A stretch of DNA of 17,676 nucleotides, from assembly GCA_036478295.1 (NCBI GenBank), contig JAZGDW010000284.1:1-17676 (forward strand), read 5' to 3'. The DNA comes from Candidatus Krumholzibacteriia bacterium (GTDB lineage Bacteria; Krumholzibacteriota; Krumholzibacteriia; WVZY01). A model generated the notes under the pieces. That model was not told the origin of the DNA, ran no database searches, and saw only the letters and a list, made by a program, of their open reading frames with translations. Position 1 is the stretch's first letter. Every line of letters begins with the position of its first letter. Position numbers and translations under genes: made by a program. Positions 7,038-15,599 of this stretch are shown in pieces.

Positions 7038-8846
7038 CTAGGGCCCGTCGGAACCCTGCTTCAATCTTTGAAGTTTCTCGTAGTAACTGCGGGTGACCTC
7101 GTCTCGCCGCAAGATGCCGAGCAGTTCGCTGGCATTACTGGCGCTTACCACCGGCAGGGTGTCGAGACCACTCTCCGTAAAACACCGCAAGACAGCGGTC
7201 AGATTGTCGTCCGGCGTCACCGCTGGAATCTCGTCCGAGGCGATTTCCTTGACGATGAGCAGGTTGTCCAGATCTCTCTCGACGAGGATCTCCCGGACGT
7301 CGTTGATCGAAAAGATACCGGTTATTTCGCCCGTCCGGTTGACCACCGGAAAAACCTGCTGGTCGCTGGCCGTCATGATGGGGATGAACTCCCGCAGGGA
7401 CAGGTGCTCGGGAATCCGCTGAAAGGCCTGTCCTGGCTGGAAGATGTCCCGTACGTAGATTTCCTCCAGCAGATCCTTCACATAGTCCCCGTAGTGCGCC
7501 GGCGAATCGGCGCGCGTTGCCACTTGCTTTTCGTAAATACTCCAGCGGCGCGCGATGATGAAACCGATCGCGCATACCCACATGGAGGGCACCAGCAGGT
7601 TGTAATTTCCCGTCATCTCGCTCACCATAATAATGGTGGAAATCGGCGTGTTCGAAGCCGCCGCAAAAAAACCGGCCATACCGACGATCACGAACGCCCC
7701 CGGCTCCGGGACAATCGACGGCATCCATTGGTGAAAGAGCTTGCCCACCACCCCACCGAGCGAGCCGCCGATGACCATCGAGGGACCGAAAACGCCACCG
7801 CTGCCCCCCGAGCTGATGGAGAGCGACGTGGTCACCATCTTGCCGAGCGCCACCATGAGCAGCAGCCCGATCGTGAGGTTATTGTCGAGCGCGCCTTGAA
7901 TGACGCCGTAGCCGAAACCGAGTGTCTGCGGCAAGAAGAACCCCACGCACCCCGCGAGCAGCCCGCCGATACAGGGTTTGAAGTGGTTGGGCACCCTGAG
8001 GCGCTTGAACAAGCTTCTCGTACCGTAGAAGACCTTGATAAAAAGCGGCGCCGCCAGCGCGACCACCAACGCCAGGGCCGTGTACGGCGCCAGTTCCAAC
8101 GGGTGCGAAAAGGTAAACGTGCTTTGCTTGAACAGCGGGTCGAAACCGACCACCATACCGAACGTGGAGTACGCGACGATCGTCGTCACCGTGGCCGGTA
8201 TGATGACTTCCGTTTCGAACTCCGGCTCGCGGTACAGGATCTCCGCCGCGAACAGCGCACCGGCCAGCGGCGCGCGAAAGATACTCCCGATGCCGGCCCC
8301 CACACCCGCCGCCAGAAGTACACGGCGGTCCCGTGCGGAGAGGTTGAGCTTGGTGGCTAAAAACGAGCCGAAGCCACCGCCGATCAGCGCGATGGGGCCC
8401 TCGCGCCCGCCGGATCCGCCAGTGCCCAGCGTGATGGCCGACGCGATGGCCTTGATGATGGGCACGCGGCCACGCACCCTTCCCTGCTTGTTGTGAAACG
8501 CGTCGATTGCGGCATCGGTGCCGTGGCCCTCCGCCTCCGGAGCGAACGTGTACACGAGAAACCCGACCAGAAGACCGCCCAGGGCGGGTATCAGGATCAG
8601 GAGGTAACGATGAAACGGTGTCGACGTGTGGCCCAGCAGCGGGGTTTCTCCCGCCGGCTCCGCCGGCCGGTAGCCGGCCAGGTAGTCGAGAAAATAGTGC
8701 TGCGCAAACTGGGTCAGGTAATAAAAGGCTATCGCGGCAAGGCCCGCGACGACTCCCACTATGACGCCGAACACCATGTAACGCCCGATCGAACGCAAGT
8801 TGAATAGTGCGAGCAATCGCAATGTCATTCGCTGCAGTCGTGTCAC
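7038..8846 (-). CDS. CLC-family chloride channel/transporter with C-terminal CBS pair
   Basis: APEAEGHGTD, GGSGGREGP (gating Glu), FRAPLAG, GGSGGVFGP, EMTG, SIY, followed by two CBS-like repeats; RBS GGGAG before GTG. Confidence 0.95.
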   Translation of the reverse strand: MTRLQRMTLRLLALFNLRSIGRYMVFGVIVGVVAGLAAIAFYYLTQFAQHYFLDYLAGYRPAEPAGETPLLGHTSTPFHRYLLILIPALGGLLVGFLVYTFAPEAEGHGTDAAIDAFHNKQGRVRGRVPIIKAIASAITLGTGGSGGREGPIALIGGGFGSFLATKLNLSARDRRVLLAAGVGAGIGSIFRAPLAGALFAAEILYREPEFETEVIIPATVTTIVAYSTFGMVVGFDPLFKQSTFTFSHPLELAPYTALALVVALAAPLFIKVFYGTRSLFKRLRVPNHFKPCIGGLLAGCVGFFLPQTLGFGYGVIQGALDNNLTIGLLLMVALGKMVTTSLSISSGGSGGVFGPSMVIGGSLGGVVGKLFHQWMPSIVPEPGAFVIVGMAGFFAAASNTPISTIIMVSEMTGNYNLLVPSMWVCAIGFIIARRWSIYEKQVATRADSPAHYGDYVKDLLEEIYVRDIFQPGQAFQRIPEHLSLREFIPIMTASDQQVFPVVNRTGEITGIFSINDVREILVERDLDNLLIVKEIASDEIPAVTPDDNLTAVLRCFTESGLDTLPVVSASNASELLGILRRDEVTRSYYEKLQRLKQGSDGP

Positions 8847-8904
8847 GAAATGAATCTCCCGAAAATGCGCCCGGCGTTTTGCCGGACGTCTTGAAGTCGC
8901 ACGC

Positions 8905-10551
8905 TCACACGTCGTATCTCGCCGCTATCGGCACGCGCCGTCCCGCGCCGAAAGCCTTCGACGTTACCTTGATACCCGGTGGCGCCTGTTTTCGTTTGTA
9001 CTCGTTCGTTCTGACCGCATCGATGACCCAGCGCACGGTATCGGGGTCGAACCCCGCCTCGACGATACGATCGAACCCCAGGTGCCGGTCGATCAAGCGT
9101 TTAAGAATCCGGTCCAGTACATCGTACGGCGGCAGCGTATCGGCGTCCTTTTGTCCGGGTTTCAGCTCCGCCGAGGGCGCCTTGTCTATGGTGCTTTTGG
9201 GTATGACCGGCGTACCGGCGTTGATGTGCTCGGCCAGCCGGTAAACCAGCGTCTTGGGCACGTCGGAGATGACGGCGAGCCCACCGCTCATGTCTCCGTA
9301 AAGCGTGCAGTAGCCGACCGACAGCTCGCTCTTGTTTCCGGTCGAGAGCGGCAGGTAACCGAACTTGTTGGACAGCGCCATGATGATGTTGCCGCGAATC
9401 CGGGCCTGGATGTTTTCCTCGGTCGCGTCCTTGTCCGCGCCGGCAAACGTTTCTCCCAGCACACCATCGTACGCCTCCATGACATCGGCGATACCAATCA
9501 CCTTGAGTTCCATCTCGAGGTTGCCGGCCAGCGTGCGGGCGTCCTCGACACTTCCCTTCGACGAGTAGGGGGAAGGCATGGCAACGCCGATCACGTTCTC
9601 CGGCCCCAGCGCCCGGCAGGCCACGGCGGCCGTCACCGCCGAATCGATGCCGCCGGACAAACCGATGATCGCCTTTTCGAAACCACACTTGGCGAGATAA
9701 TCCCGCGTGCCCAGTACCAGCGCCTTTAGCACCGCGGCCACGTCGTCCTCGTAGCGGTACGGCTCATTGACCGGTGCCGCACCGGTGTCGACGGTGCGGA
9801 TCGATTCCTCGAAGGAGGGAAACACCTCCCGTGCACCGCCGTCGGCGCCCACGAGCAGGCTGCGCCCGTCAAAAACCAGATCGTCGTTACCGCCGACCTG
9901 ATTGACGAACAGAAACGGTATGCGGTGCTTTTTTGTGTGGTTGCGTATCAGCTCGTAGCGCGTCTTCTCTTTGCCCAATGAAAAAGGTGACGCCGAAATA
10001 TTTATGAGCAACGCCGCTCCTTTTTTGGCCAGCATTTCAATCGGGTCGATCGCGTAGGGGCGCGAGTTCCACGGGTCGGGTTCGCACCACAGGTCCTCAC
10101 AGATCGAGAGACCGATTTGCGTCCCCTTGAATTCAAAGACGCCGTTGTCCGTGGTGGGCTTGAAATACCGTGCCTCGTCGAAAACGTCGTAGACGGGAAG
10201 CAGCATCTTGGGCTGCTCGAAGAGCACCTTGCCGCCGGCGACGAGAAGCGCCGCGTTGTACAGCGGTTTTCCTTCCGGCTGCCCCGTGCGCAGCGGACAC
10301 CCGAGGACGATGCCCAGGTCGGCATGGCCCTTTGAAGCTCGGGTCACGCGGTCGAGCCCCGCCAGCGCCTGGTCGATGAACGCGGGACGCTCGAGCAGGT
10401 CACGTGGCGGGTAACCCGTCACTACCAGCTCCGGAAAGACGACGAGGTCCGCCCCCTCACCCGACGCCTGTTCGACAATGGACAGCACCCGGGATACGTT
10501 TTCCTCGATCGCGCCGACGACCGGATTGATCTGTGCAACGGTTATCCGCAT
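8905..10551 (-). CDS. nadE: Glutamine-dependent NAD+ synthetase
   Basis: Nitrilase-like domain (FPEL, K, ICED triad) plus GLSGGIDS, ENIQARIRG, TGNKSE, GYCTLYGD, PSAELK, NEYKRKQ; RBS GGAGG. Confidence 0.97.
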   Translation of the reverse strand: MRITVAQINPVVGAIEENVSRVLSIVEQASGEGADLVVFPELVVTGYPPRDLLERPAFIDQALAGLDRVTRASKGHADLGIVLGCPLRTGQPEGKPLYNAALLVAGGKVLFEQPKMLLPVYDVFDEARYFKPTTDNGVFEFKGTQIGLSICEDLWCEPDPWNSRPYAIDPIEMLAKKGAALLINISASPFSLGKEKTRYELIRNHTKKHRIPFLFVNQVGGNDDLVFDGRSLLVGADGGAREVFPSFEESIRTVDTGAAPVNEPYRYEDDVAAVLKALVLGTRDYLAKCGFEKAIIGLSGGIDSAVTAAVACRALGPENVIGVAMPSPYSSKGSVEDARTLAGNLEMELKVIGIADVMEAYDGVLGETFAGADKDATEENIQARIRGNIIMALSNKFGYLPLSTGNKSELSVGYCTLYGDMSGGLAVISDVPKTLVYRLAEHINAGTPVIPKSTIDKAPSAELKPGQKDADTLPPYDVLDRILKRLIDRHLGFDRIVEAGFDPDTVRWVIDAVRTNEYKRKQAPPGIKVTSKAFGAGRRVPIAARYDV

Positions 10552-10671
10552 GCAGGCTCCTCCAAACCTACCTGATTGTACAAGTTACCACATTTCGGCG
10601 AAAAGGAACACAAACGGTTCGGGCGACCCGTGGCAGCGGCGCCCCGCACCCCCCCGGCACGTCGCGCACCG

Positions 10672-10700
10672 TTGCGGGGACCGCGGTTACCTGCTATATT
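10672..10700 (+). promoter_or_regulatory. sigma70 promoter of the lipoprotein gene
   Basis: TTGCGG (10672-10677) - 17 nt - TATATT (10695-10700) with extended -10 TG. Confidence 0.55.
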
Positions 10701-10779
10701 GTCCACACCCATCACCCCAGGTGCGCCCACTGCCGTGCCCCAAACCACATGCGAACCTGTCTCCAACCCAGGAGGTCCC

Positions 10780-11196
10780 ATGCGCCCGCGTCTCGACTCA
10801 GGCGGTCTTGTATCACTCGCCGCGCTGCTGTTTATTGCGTTCACCGTCTCCGCCTGCGGTGACGATGACCCTGCTCCCGGGCCGGTCGCCACGGGAAACG
10901 GCCAGCCCCCAACCATTACCCGTGTGGCCTGGACTCAGGACCCGGGCTGCACGCCGGGGACCCCGAACGGTGTGACGATCGTCGTCTCGGTGAACGACCC
11001 GGACACCGCACCGGGCAATCTCGCCTATTCCGGCCTGGTCACCAGCTGCGGGACGATTTCCGGGGCGACGACGGTCGTTACCTGTCCACAGATTGGCGCC
11101 TACGCGGGCACCGTGACCGTGGTTGACCCGGAGGGCAACTCCGACACGGCCGCGTTTTCGTTCGGCCCGTGCGCCGACGGGCAGGTCACGCCCTAA
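10780..11196 (+). CDS. Small lipoprotein with an Ig-like/PKD-like beta-sandwich
   Basis: RBS AGGAGG before ATG 10780; hydrophobic signal and lipobox VSAC-GDDD; NGQPPTI...VNDPD...VTVVDPEGNS pattern; four additional Cys. Confidence 0.75.
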   Translation: MRPRLDSGGLVSLAALLFIAFTVSACGDDDPAPGPVATGNGQPPTITRVAWTQDPGCTPGTPNGVTIVVSVNDPDTAPGNLAYSGLVTSCGTISGATTVVTCPQIGAYAGTVTVVDPEGNSDTAAFSFGPCADGQVTP

Positions 11197-11210
11197 CCGG
11201 ACCGGCGCGT

Positions 11211-12335
11211 TCACTCGCTACGCTGGGCCATCACGTTCATCCTGGCAGCCAGTTCCGCCGCTACCAGGCGGTGCCCGTCGTAGTTCCAGTGCTGCCAGTG
11301 CAGGGGTGTTCCGCGTGCCTTGTACGCGCGCTCGAAGGGTGTCTGAAGCCCCGCATAATCGATACCCAGGGCGCTCGCATAGTTTTCGAGGTCGTGCTCG
11401 AAATAGCCGGCTTCGAAGGTCGGATCGATTTTCGCATAGCGCGCCAGGTCTTCGGTCTTGTAGACCCAGTCCGCACATACCAGCATGAACCGCATGCCGT
11501 TTGTCCGGCAGTACCCCGCCATTTCCCCTATCAATCGTTTGTTGAGCTTGTAATTGCGTGCGTAGACCGCATCGGGGGTACTCGTACAGAGGCTGAGCGC
11601 ACCGCCGATCCCGCGCCCGGACTCTTGCCCGGCCCTGATGTGGTTGCGCCGCCGGTGGCGGCGAAACAGGTTGTACCGCTGGTTGACCAGGGACACCAGC
11701 GCCGAATGTTGTTTGAGCTGGTTCACGGCCGCCTTGATCGTGTATTCGCGGCTCTCGGTGAAACGGGTGTTCAGTGCCAGCTCGCCACCGGGCGAGATTT
11801 CGTAGAACGGGCGAAGCGCGGTGTCGGAGGTCTCGACGCTCACCTCGCTCACGTCGTTCACCGGCACGAAGAAAACCACGACGAGGTCGGGAGAATACCC
11901 GGCCACCTCGCTGAGAAGGAGGAGCTCCTCGGTCTGCGTCATTCCCGAACGGCCGAAATTGAGCACTTCGATCCGTTGGCCGGATCTCTCGTTCAGCTGC
12001 CTCTCGATGATGGCCGGAAAGGTCGAGTCGAGTTCCACCTGAAAGGCCTCGACAAAACTGTCGCCGATAACAGCGATCCGGTATGTGTCGCGGGGTTTGG
12101 CAAGCGATCGTGCGCGATCCCGCCAGCCGAAGCTGTTGATCCTGCCGGTAATCGCATGGTCGTTCTCCCGGGCGTCCCAGTAGGTGCGGTTCGGCGTGAA
12201 GCGCCAGCCGAGCAGCGCGTCCGGCTCGGACCACGACTTCCGCGCACCGAACAGGTGGGTCGTGGCAAGCAGGACTTCTAATGCCAGCAGGAACGCCCCG
12301 AAGACCAGCAATGAGAAAAGCACACGTCTCGTCAT
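11211..12335 (-). CDS. SGNH/GDSL hydrolase-fold protein with N-terminal membrane anchor (polysaccharide O-acyl modification type)
   Basis: N-terminal TM; INSFGWRD; IAVIGDSF (block I); NFGRSG (II); PVND (III); HWNYDGH (V). Confidence 0.85.
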   Translation of the reverse strand: MTRRVLFSLLVFGAFLLALEVLLATTHLFGARKSWSEPDALLGWRFTPNRTYWDARENDHAITGRINSFGWRDRARSLAKPRDTYRIAVIGDSFVEAFQVELDSTFPAIIERQLNERSGQRIEVLNFGRSGMTQTEELLLLSEVAGYSPDLVVVFFVPVNDVSEVSVETSDTALRPFYEISPGGELALNTRFTESREYTIKAAVNQLKQHSALVSLVNQRYNLFRRHRRRNHIRAGQESGRGIGGALSLCTSTPDAVYARNYKLNKRLIGEMAGYCRTNGMRFMLVCADWVYKTEDLARYAKIDPTFEAGYFEHDLENYASALGIDYAGLQTPFERAYKARGTPLHWQHWNYDGHRLVAAELAARMNVMAQRSE

Positions 12336-12422
12336 AATCGGCTACCGAACATTCTAACGAACTCCGCCGCAAAATGATTGCCGACAACGCGAAGTGGTCA
12401 TGCCCCTCACGGGTGGGCACGG

Positions 12423-13490
12423 TTACTGGTTCGACACGTTCGTTTTTTGAACCAGACTCGCCAGACGATCGAACACGTCGTCGACGGCGATCGCCTGCAT
12501 ACAGTCGGCTCTCCCCTGGGAGAGGCATTGCGCCCGGGCCGGCGACACCGGTGCGAACACACACGGACTGCACTCGAAGTGCTGATGCAGCACGGCGTGG
12601 TCGCCCTTGCTACCGATGGGCCCGTAGTTGGCGGGACTGGACGGGCCGAAAAGCGCGACGACGGGAACGCCCAGGGCAACCGCCATGTGCAAGGTTCCGG
12701 TATCCGGCGTGACGACCACGCTCGACGCCGCGATGAGCGCCGCTGTCGTGCGGATGTCGGTGTCGTTGACGACAATCTCGTTCACGGCGAGGCGGGCTAC
12801 CCTGTCCAGGCTCTCCCATTCGCGTGGCCCCGCGTTCAAGATAACCCTCGCACCCAGCCTGTCGACAGCCAGGTCGACGAGAGCTGCGACATGCTCCGCC
12901 GGCCACGGCCGCAGCAGCTCGTTCGGAGCGCAGGCGGGCTGAATAAAGACCACGCGGTCCGTCGGGCGGATACCCTGCGCCCCCAGAAACCGGCGAGCGT
13001 TTGCGGTGTCCTTGTCGGTCAGGCATAGCGCCATGTCGGTGGAGGGGACCCCCTCGTCCTCGAGGAGTGGAGCGAGCACACCAAGGTTGTTTCGAATCGT
13101 GTGAATCCCCTGATCCCACTCGTAGTGGCTGTGCAGAAGGCGATTTACTTTGCGCGAGATTCCGATTCTGTATTTCGCGCGGATGAACCAGGACAGGAAC
13201 ACGTAGGCAGAGGACGACTCGAACAGGATCGCCAGATCGTACCTGCGCCACAGTGGGAGGATGATTTTGAGTTTGTCCAGCGGTGAGCCGTTTTTGTCAT
13301 AGACGATGAGGTCATTGATCTCCGGACTCTCCTCCAATATGGTCTTGCCGTACGGACCGGTCAGGACGTCAAGCCGGGCGTCCGGATACCGCGCTGCCAG
13401 CCAGCGGATCGCTGGCGTCGTCATCAGCATGTCGCCGACGCGCCCGTCTCTTATCACAAGTATGCGGCGTGGATCATCGATTCTTGTCAT
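12423..13490 (-). CDS. Glycosyltransferase family 9 (LPS heptosyltransferase RfaC/F/Q-like)
   Basis: ILVIRDGRVGDMLMTTP, R-x-WP, VTPDTGTLHMAVALGVPVVALFGPS, C-terminal CSPC...C...CM cluster. Confidence 0.93.
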   Translation of the reverse strand: MTRIDDPRRILVIRDGRVGDMLMTTPAIRWLAARYPDARLDVLTGPYGKTILEESPEINDLIVYDKNGSPLDKLKIILPLWRRYDLAILFESSSAYVFLSWFIRAKYRIGISRKVNRLLHSHYEWDQGIHTIRNNLGVLAPLLEDEGVPSTDMALCLTDKDTANARRFLGAQGIRPTDRVVFIQPACAPNELLRPWPAEHVAALVDLAVDRLGARVILNAGPREWESLDRVARLAVNEIVVNDTDIRTTAALIAASSVVVTPDTGTLHMAVALGVPVVALFGPSSPANYGPIGSKGDHAVLHQHFECSPCVFAPVSPARAQCLSQGRADCMQAIAVDDVFDRLASLVQKTNVSNQ

Positions 13491-13911
13491 TCTCGCACTC
13501 GACTTGCTTGCCCGGAGGCAGGACCCAAGCCTGCGGGTGTTTCTCGAATCCCATCCGTGGATAGTAGTCGACCGCGCCCGGCGCCGACAAGAGGATCAGC
13601 GAGCATCGGGGCCCGAGTCTCTCCCTGGTCAGGCGGATCAGTTCACGGCCGACGCCGTGTCCCTGAAAGGCCTCCTCCACCGCGAGGTCCGACAGGTAGG
13701 CGGCGTACGAAAAATCCGTCATCGATCTGGCGATGCCGATCAGCTTTCTCTCGCTCCGTGCCGTTACGATCAGGTTGGCGTTTTTGACCATTTTCTCGAT
13801 ACACTCGCGATCATCGATCGGTCTTCGCTCGCCGAGTGTGGACGACCGGAGTACCTCTGTGAATTCATCCACGCTCACCCGGTCACCGACCTTGTACAGA
13901 ATCTCGGCCAT
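13474..13911 (-). CDS. GNAT family N-acetyltransferase
   Basis: LIGIARSMTDFSYAAYLSDLAV, FQGHGVG acetyl-CoA loop, YYPRMGF; ATG 13911. Confidence 0.93.
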   Translation of the reverse strand: MAEILYKVGDRVSVDEFTEVLRSSTLGERRPIDDRECIEKMVKNANLIVTARSERKLIGIARSMTDFSYAAYLSDLAVEEAFQGHGVGRELIRLTRERLGPRCSLILLSAPGAVDYYPRMGFEKHPQAWVLPPGKQVECENDKNR

Positions 13912-14221
13912 CGGTTCCCTTTCTGATTTTCTTGACGATGAGTGTCGCAGCGTACGGGGCCACGATCCAAAATGAAATGATGAGGGCCCAGGCAAGGGGA
14001 TCCTTGGGCATGGCCCCGAACTCTTGTACGTCAAAATGAGGTTCCCCCAGGACCAGGGCCAGCGGAATTCCCGGGACGTTCACCCAGAAAAGGGCGGGAA
14101 GGAACATGAATATGAACGCGAACGGTGTCCCCGAATAAACGATGATGGGTGGCAAGTTCACGATGAGGAGCAAGACGCCAAACAGCTTGAGGTCACGCTT
14201 TTGCAGGCCAAGAACACTCAT
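13883..14221 (-). CDS. Hypothetical membrane protein (about 3 TM helices)
   Basis: Strongly hydrophobic 112-aa ORF with GAGG RBS before ATG 14221, co-oriented with its neighbours. Confidence 0.65.
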   Translation of the reverse strand: MSVLGLQKRDLKLFGVLLLIVNLPPIIVYSGTPFAFIFMFLPALFWVNVPGIPLALVLGEPHFDVQEFGAMPKDPLAWALIISFWIVAPYAATLIVKKIRKGTDGRDSVQGR

Positions 14222-14314
14222 GCGCGGAGCCCTCACTCCCTGATCATCGTTAGCAACATCTTGAACCTCTGGGGCGCGTCCACCGCGTGCGGTTTGTTCG
14301 CGGGCATCGCCGCC

Positions 14315-15061
14315 TTATCCGACGGCAAAAAGAGCGCCCTGCGCTATCCGGGTCGAGTACGCGCTCTGCTCGAGGGTCAGGTACGTGCCGTCTACTTGTT
14401 TTTTACTTGCTCGATACTCTCTGGCGTTTTCTTCTGACCAGAAGAATAGTGAGTTGCGTCAGTAAGCGTCGATGATATTTGGCTCCGAAAACTTCACCCA
14501 GTCCACGCGGGGTTCAAACACGAGGAGTTCCGGTGGGCCTTCCTCCACGCGGTATTTCAATTCGCTGTCGACCACGATCCGCATCGGCGAGCCGCTGTGC
14601 GCGCAAGTTGTCCGGATCTCCACGGCGACCGAGGTTTGTCGTAAATGCCCCTGCACGAAGGGCGCGGCAATCGTGTCCTCCGCTCAGGCCGCGTCCAGCC
14701 GTTCCCCCGTACTGAAGACCAGGTGGTGACCCGTGATCTCAGCGGTCACGGGGAACGCCCAGGAGACGGCGCCCCACTCGTTTCGCACAAGGAAAAAGAG
14801 GTTTTTCTCGAGCTCTTCGAGCATGGCTTCTGTTTTGCCTAGCGGCAGCCCGAGACCCTCCGCAATGTGCACCGGCTCAATCGGCTCGCCCAGACGGGGA
14901 AGCTCCCTGACTACGAAGTTTCGAATCAGATGGTGCTCATCGGACATGAAGCTGAGCCTGGTTCGACCATGCTCGGGCACCTTGGACAGGTGCCCCTCCC
15001 AGGTTTGGCGGGAGATCGTTCGAATGTCCTGCCCGCGGCCTACGAGCACCGAGTCGTCCAT
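14315..15061 (-). CDS. merB: MerB-like (organomercurial lyase family) selenoprotein with two in-frame UGA (Sec126, Sec201)
   Basis: Single frame ATG 15061 to TAA 14317-14315 (248 aa), interrupted by TGA at 14686-14684 (LDAA-U-AED, cf. MerB LYAW-C96-ALD99) and 14461-14459 (IIDAY-U-RNSLFF, cf. MerB VRQSF-C159-CHVHFF). TTCAHSGSP corresponds to the MerB C117 region. N-terminal winged-helix-like segment. SECIS-like hairpin after each UGA. Alternative start GTG 15082. Confidence 0.88.
14429..14446 (-). promoter_or_regulatory. Bacterial SECIS hairpin for the second UGA
   Basis: mRNA UUCUUCU-GGUC-AGAAGAA; perfect stem starting after 12 nt following the UGA; GGUC apex as in the E. coli fdhF SECIS; possible lower ACUC/GAGU pairing. 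Confidence 0.8.
14647..14663 (-). promoter_or_regulatory. Bacterial SECIS-like hairpin for the first UGA
   Basis: mRNA GCCCUU-CGUGC-AGGGGC; stem starts after 20 nt following the UGA; G at the second position of the apical loop. Confidence 0.65.
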
Positions 15062-15069
15062 GCCGTGGC

Positions 15070-15546
15070 TCAAAAGACACATCCGAAGGTCAGCGTGTCC
15101 GAATCGAAGGTCACAGACCCGATAGCGGGACTCTGCCCGGTGATTCTCAAGACAACGTCCTCGGTGCAGGGCGGGTCGAAGAGTTTCACTCCGGCGTTTA
15201 TCTTGGCGACTGTCAGCGTGTCCACCTGCCCCGGGTTCAGCCGGCCGCCCCAGGCGGTGGCGAAATCAATCCGTCCCAACTTCGCATTCGTACGTACGAG
15301 AAACACGTCCGCGCCGGGAACGGTCACCGACACTGTGTCTCCGGTCAGATTGGAAACCTCCACGGAGACGGTTGCCTGTATGGGATCCGGGGGTACGATG
15401 GGCATGAGATTCGCGCCGATCGTTCCGCTGAGAAATCGAAACTGCAGCCGGGGAGCTACCCTGAACGTGGGATCGTCGTCGCTGCAGCCGAACGTCGCGA
15501 GCAGAACGACCGCAGCGACACCAATTATTCTGGATAAGAAGCGCAT
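15070..15546 (-). CDS. Hypothetical lipoprotein
   Basis: RBS GGGAG; MRFLSR plus hydrophobic stretch and lipobox TFGC-SDDD; beta-rich body with two further Cys. Confidence 0.75.
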   Translation of the reverse strand: MRFLSRIIGVAAVVLLATFGCSDDDPTFRVAPRLQFRFLSGTIGANLMPIVPPDPIQATVSVEVSNLTGDTVSVTVPGADVFLVRTNAKLGRIDFATAWGGRLNPGQVDTLTVAKINAGVKLFDPPCTEDVVLRITGQSPAIGSVTFDSDTLTFGCVF

Positions 15547-15599
15547 GATCGCTCCCGCGCGCTAGCTCGTCACGAGCCAACCCGACACGTAACTATACC

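Noticed and set aside
6495..8360. Long alternative-frame ORFs (6495-8360 +, also 11169-12281 +, 11218-12573 -, 3908-4732 +, 1946-2653 -)
   Set aside because: Shadow ORFs of well-supported genes in high-GC DNA; Arg/Pro-rich with no family motifs.
14237..14314. Integron cassette array / attC site (GCGAAC-AAACC-GCACGCGG-TGGAC after the MerB-like stop; cassette-like small genes)
   Set aside because: Only a left-half resemblance with no complementary L'/R' arm; the other intergenic gaps show no attC pattern and there is no integrase.
14315..15061. MerB pseudogene with nonsense mutations, or UGA=Trp/Gly genetic code
   Set aside because: Both TGAs coincide with catalytic Cys positions and have SECIS-like hairpins; other genes here (archease, nadE, VOC) end at TGA at their normal family C-termini, so TGA is normally a stop.
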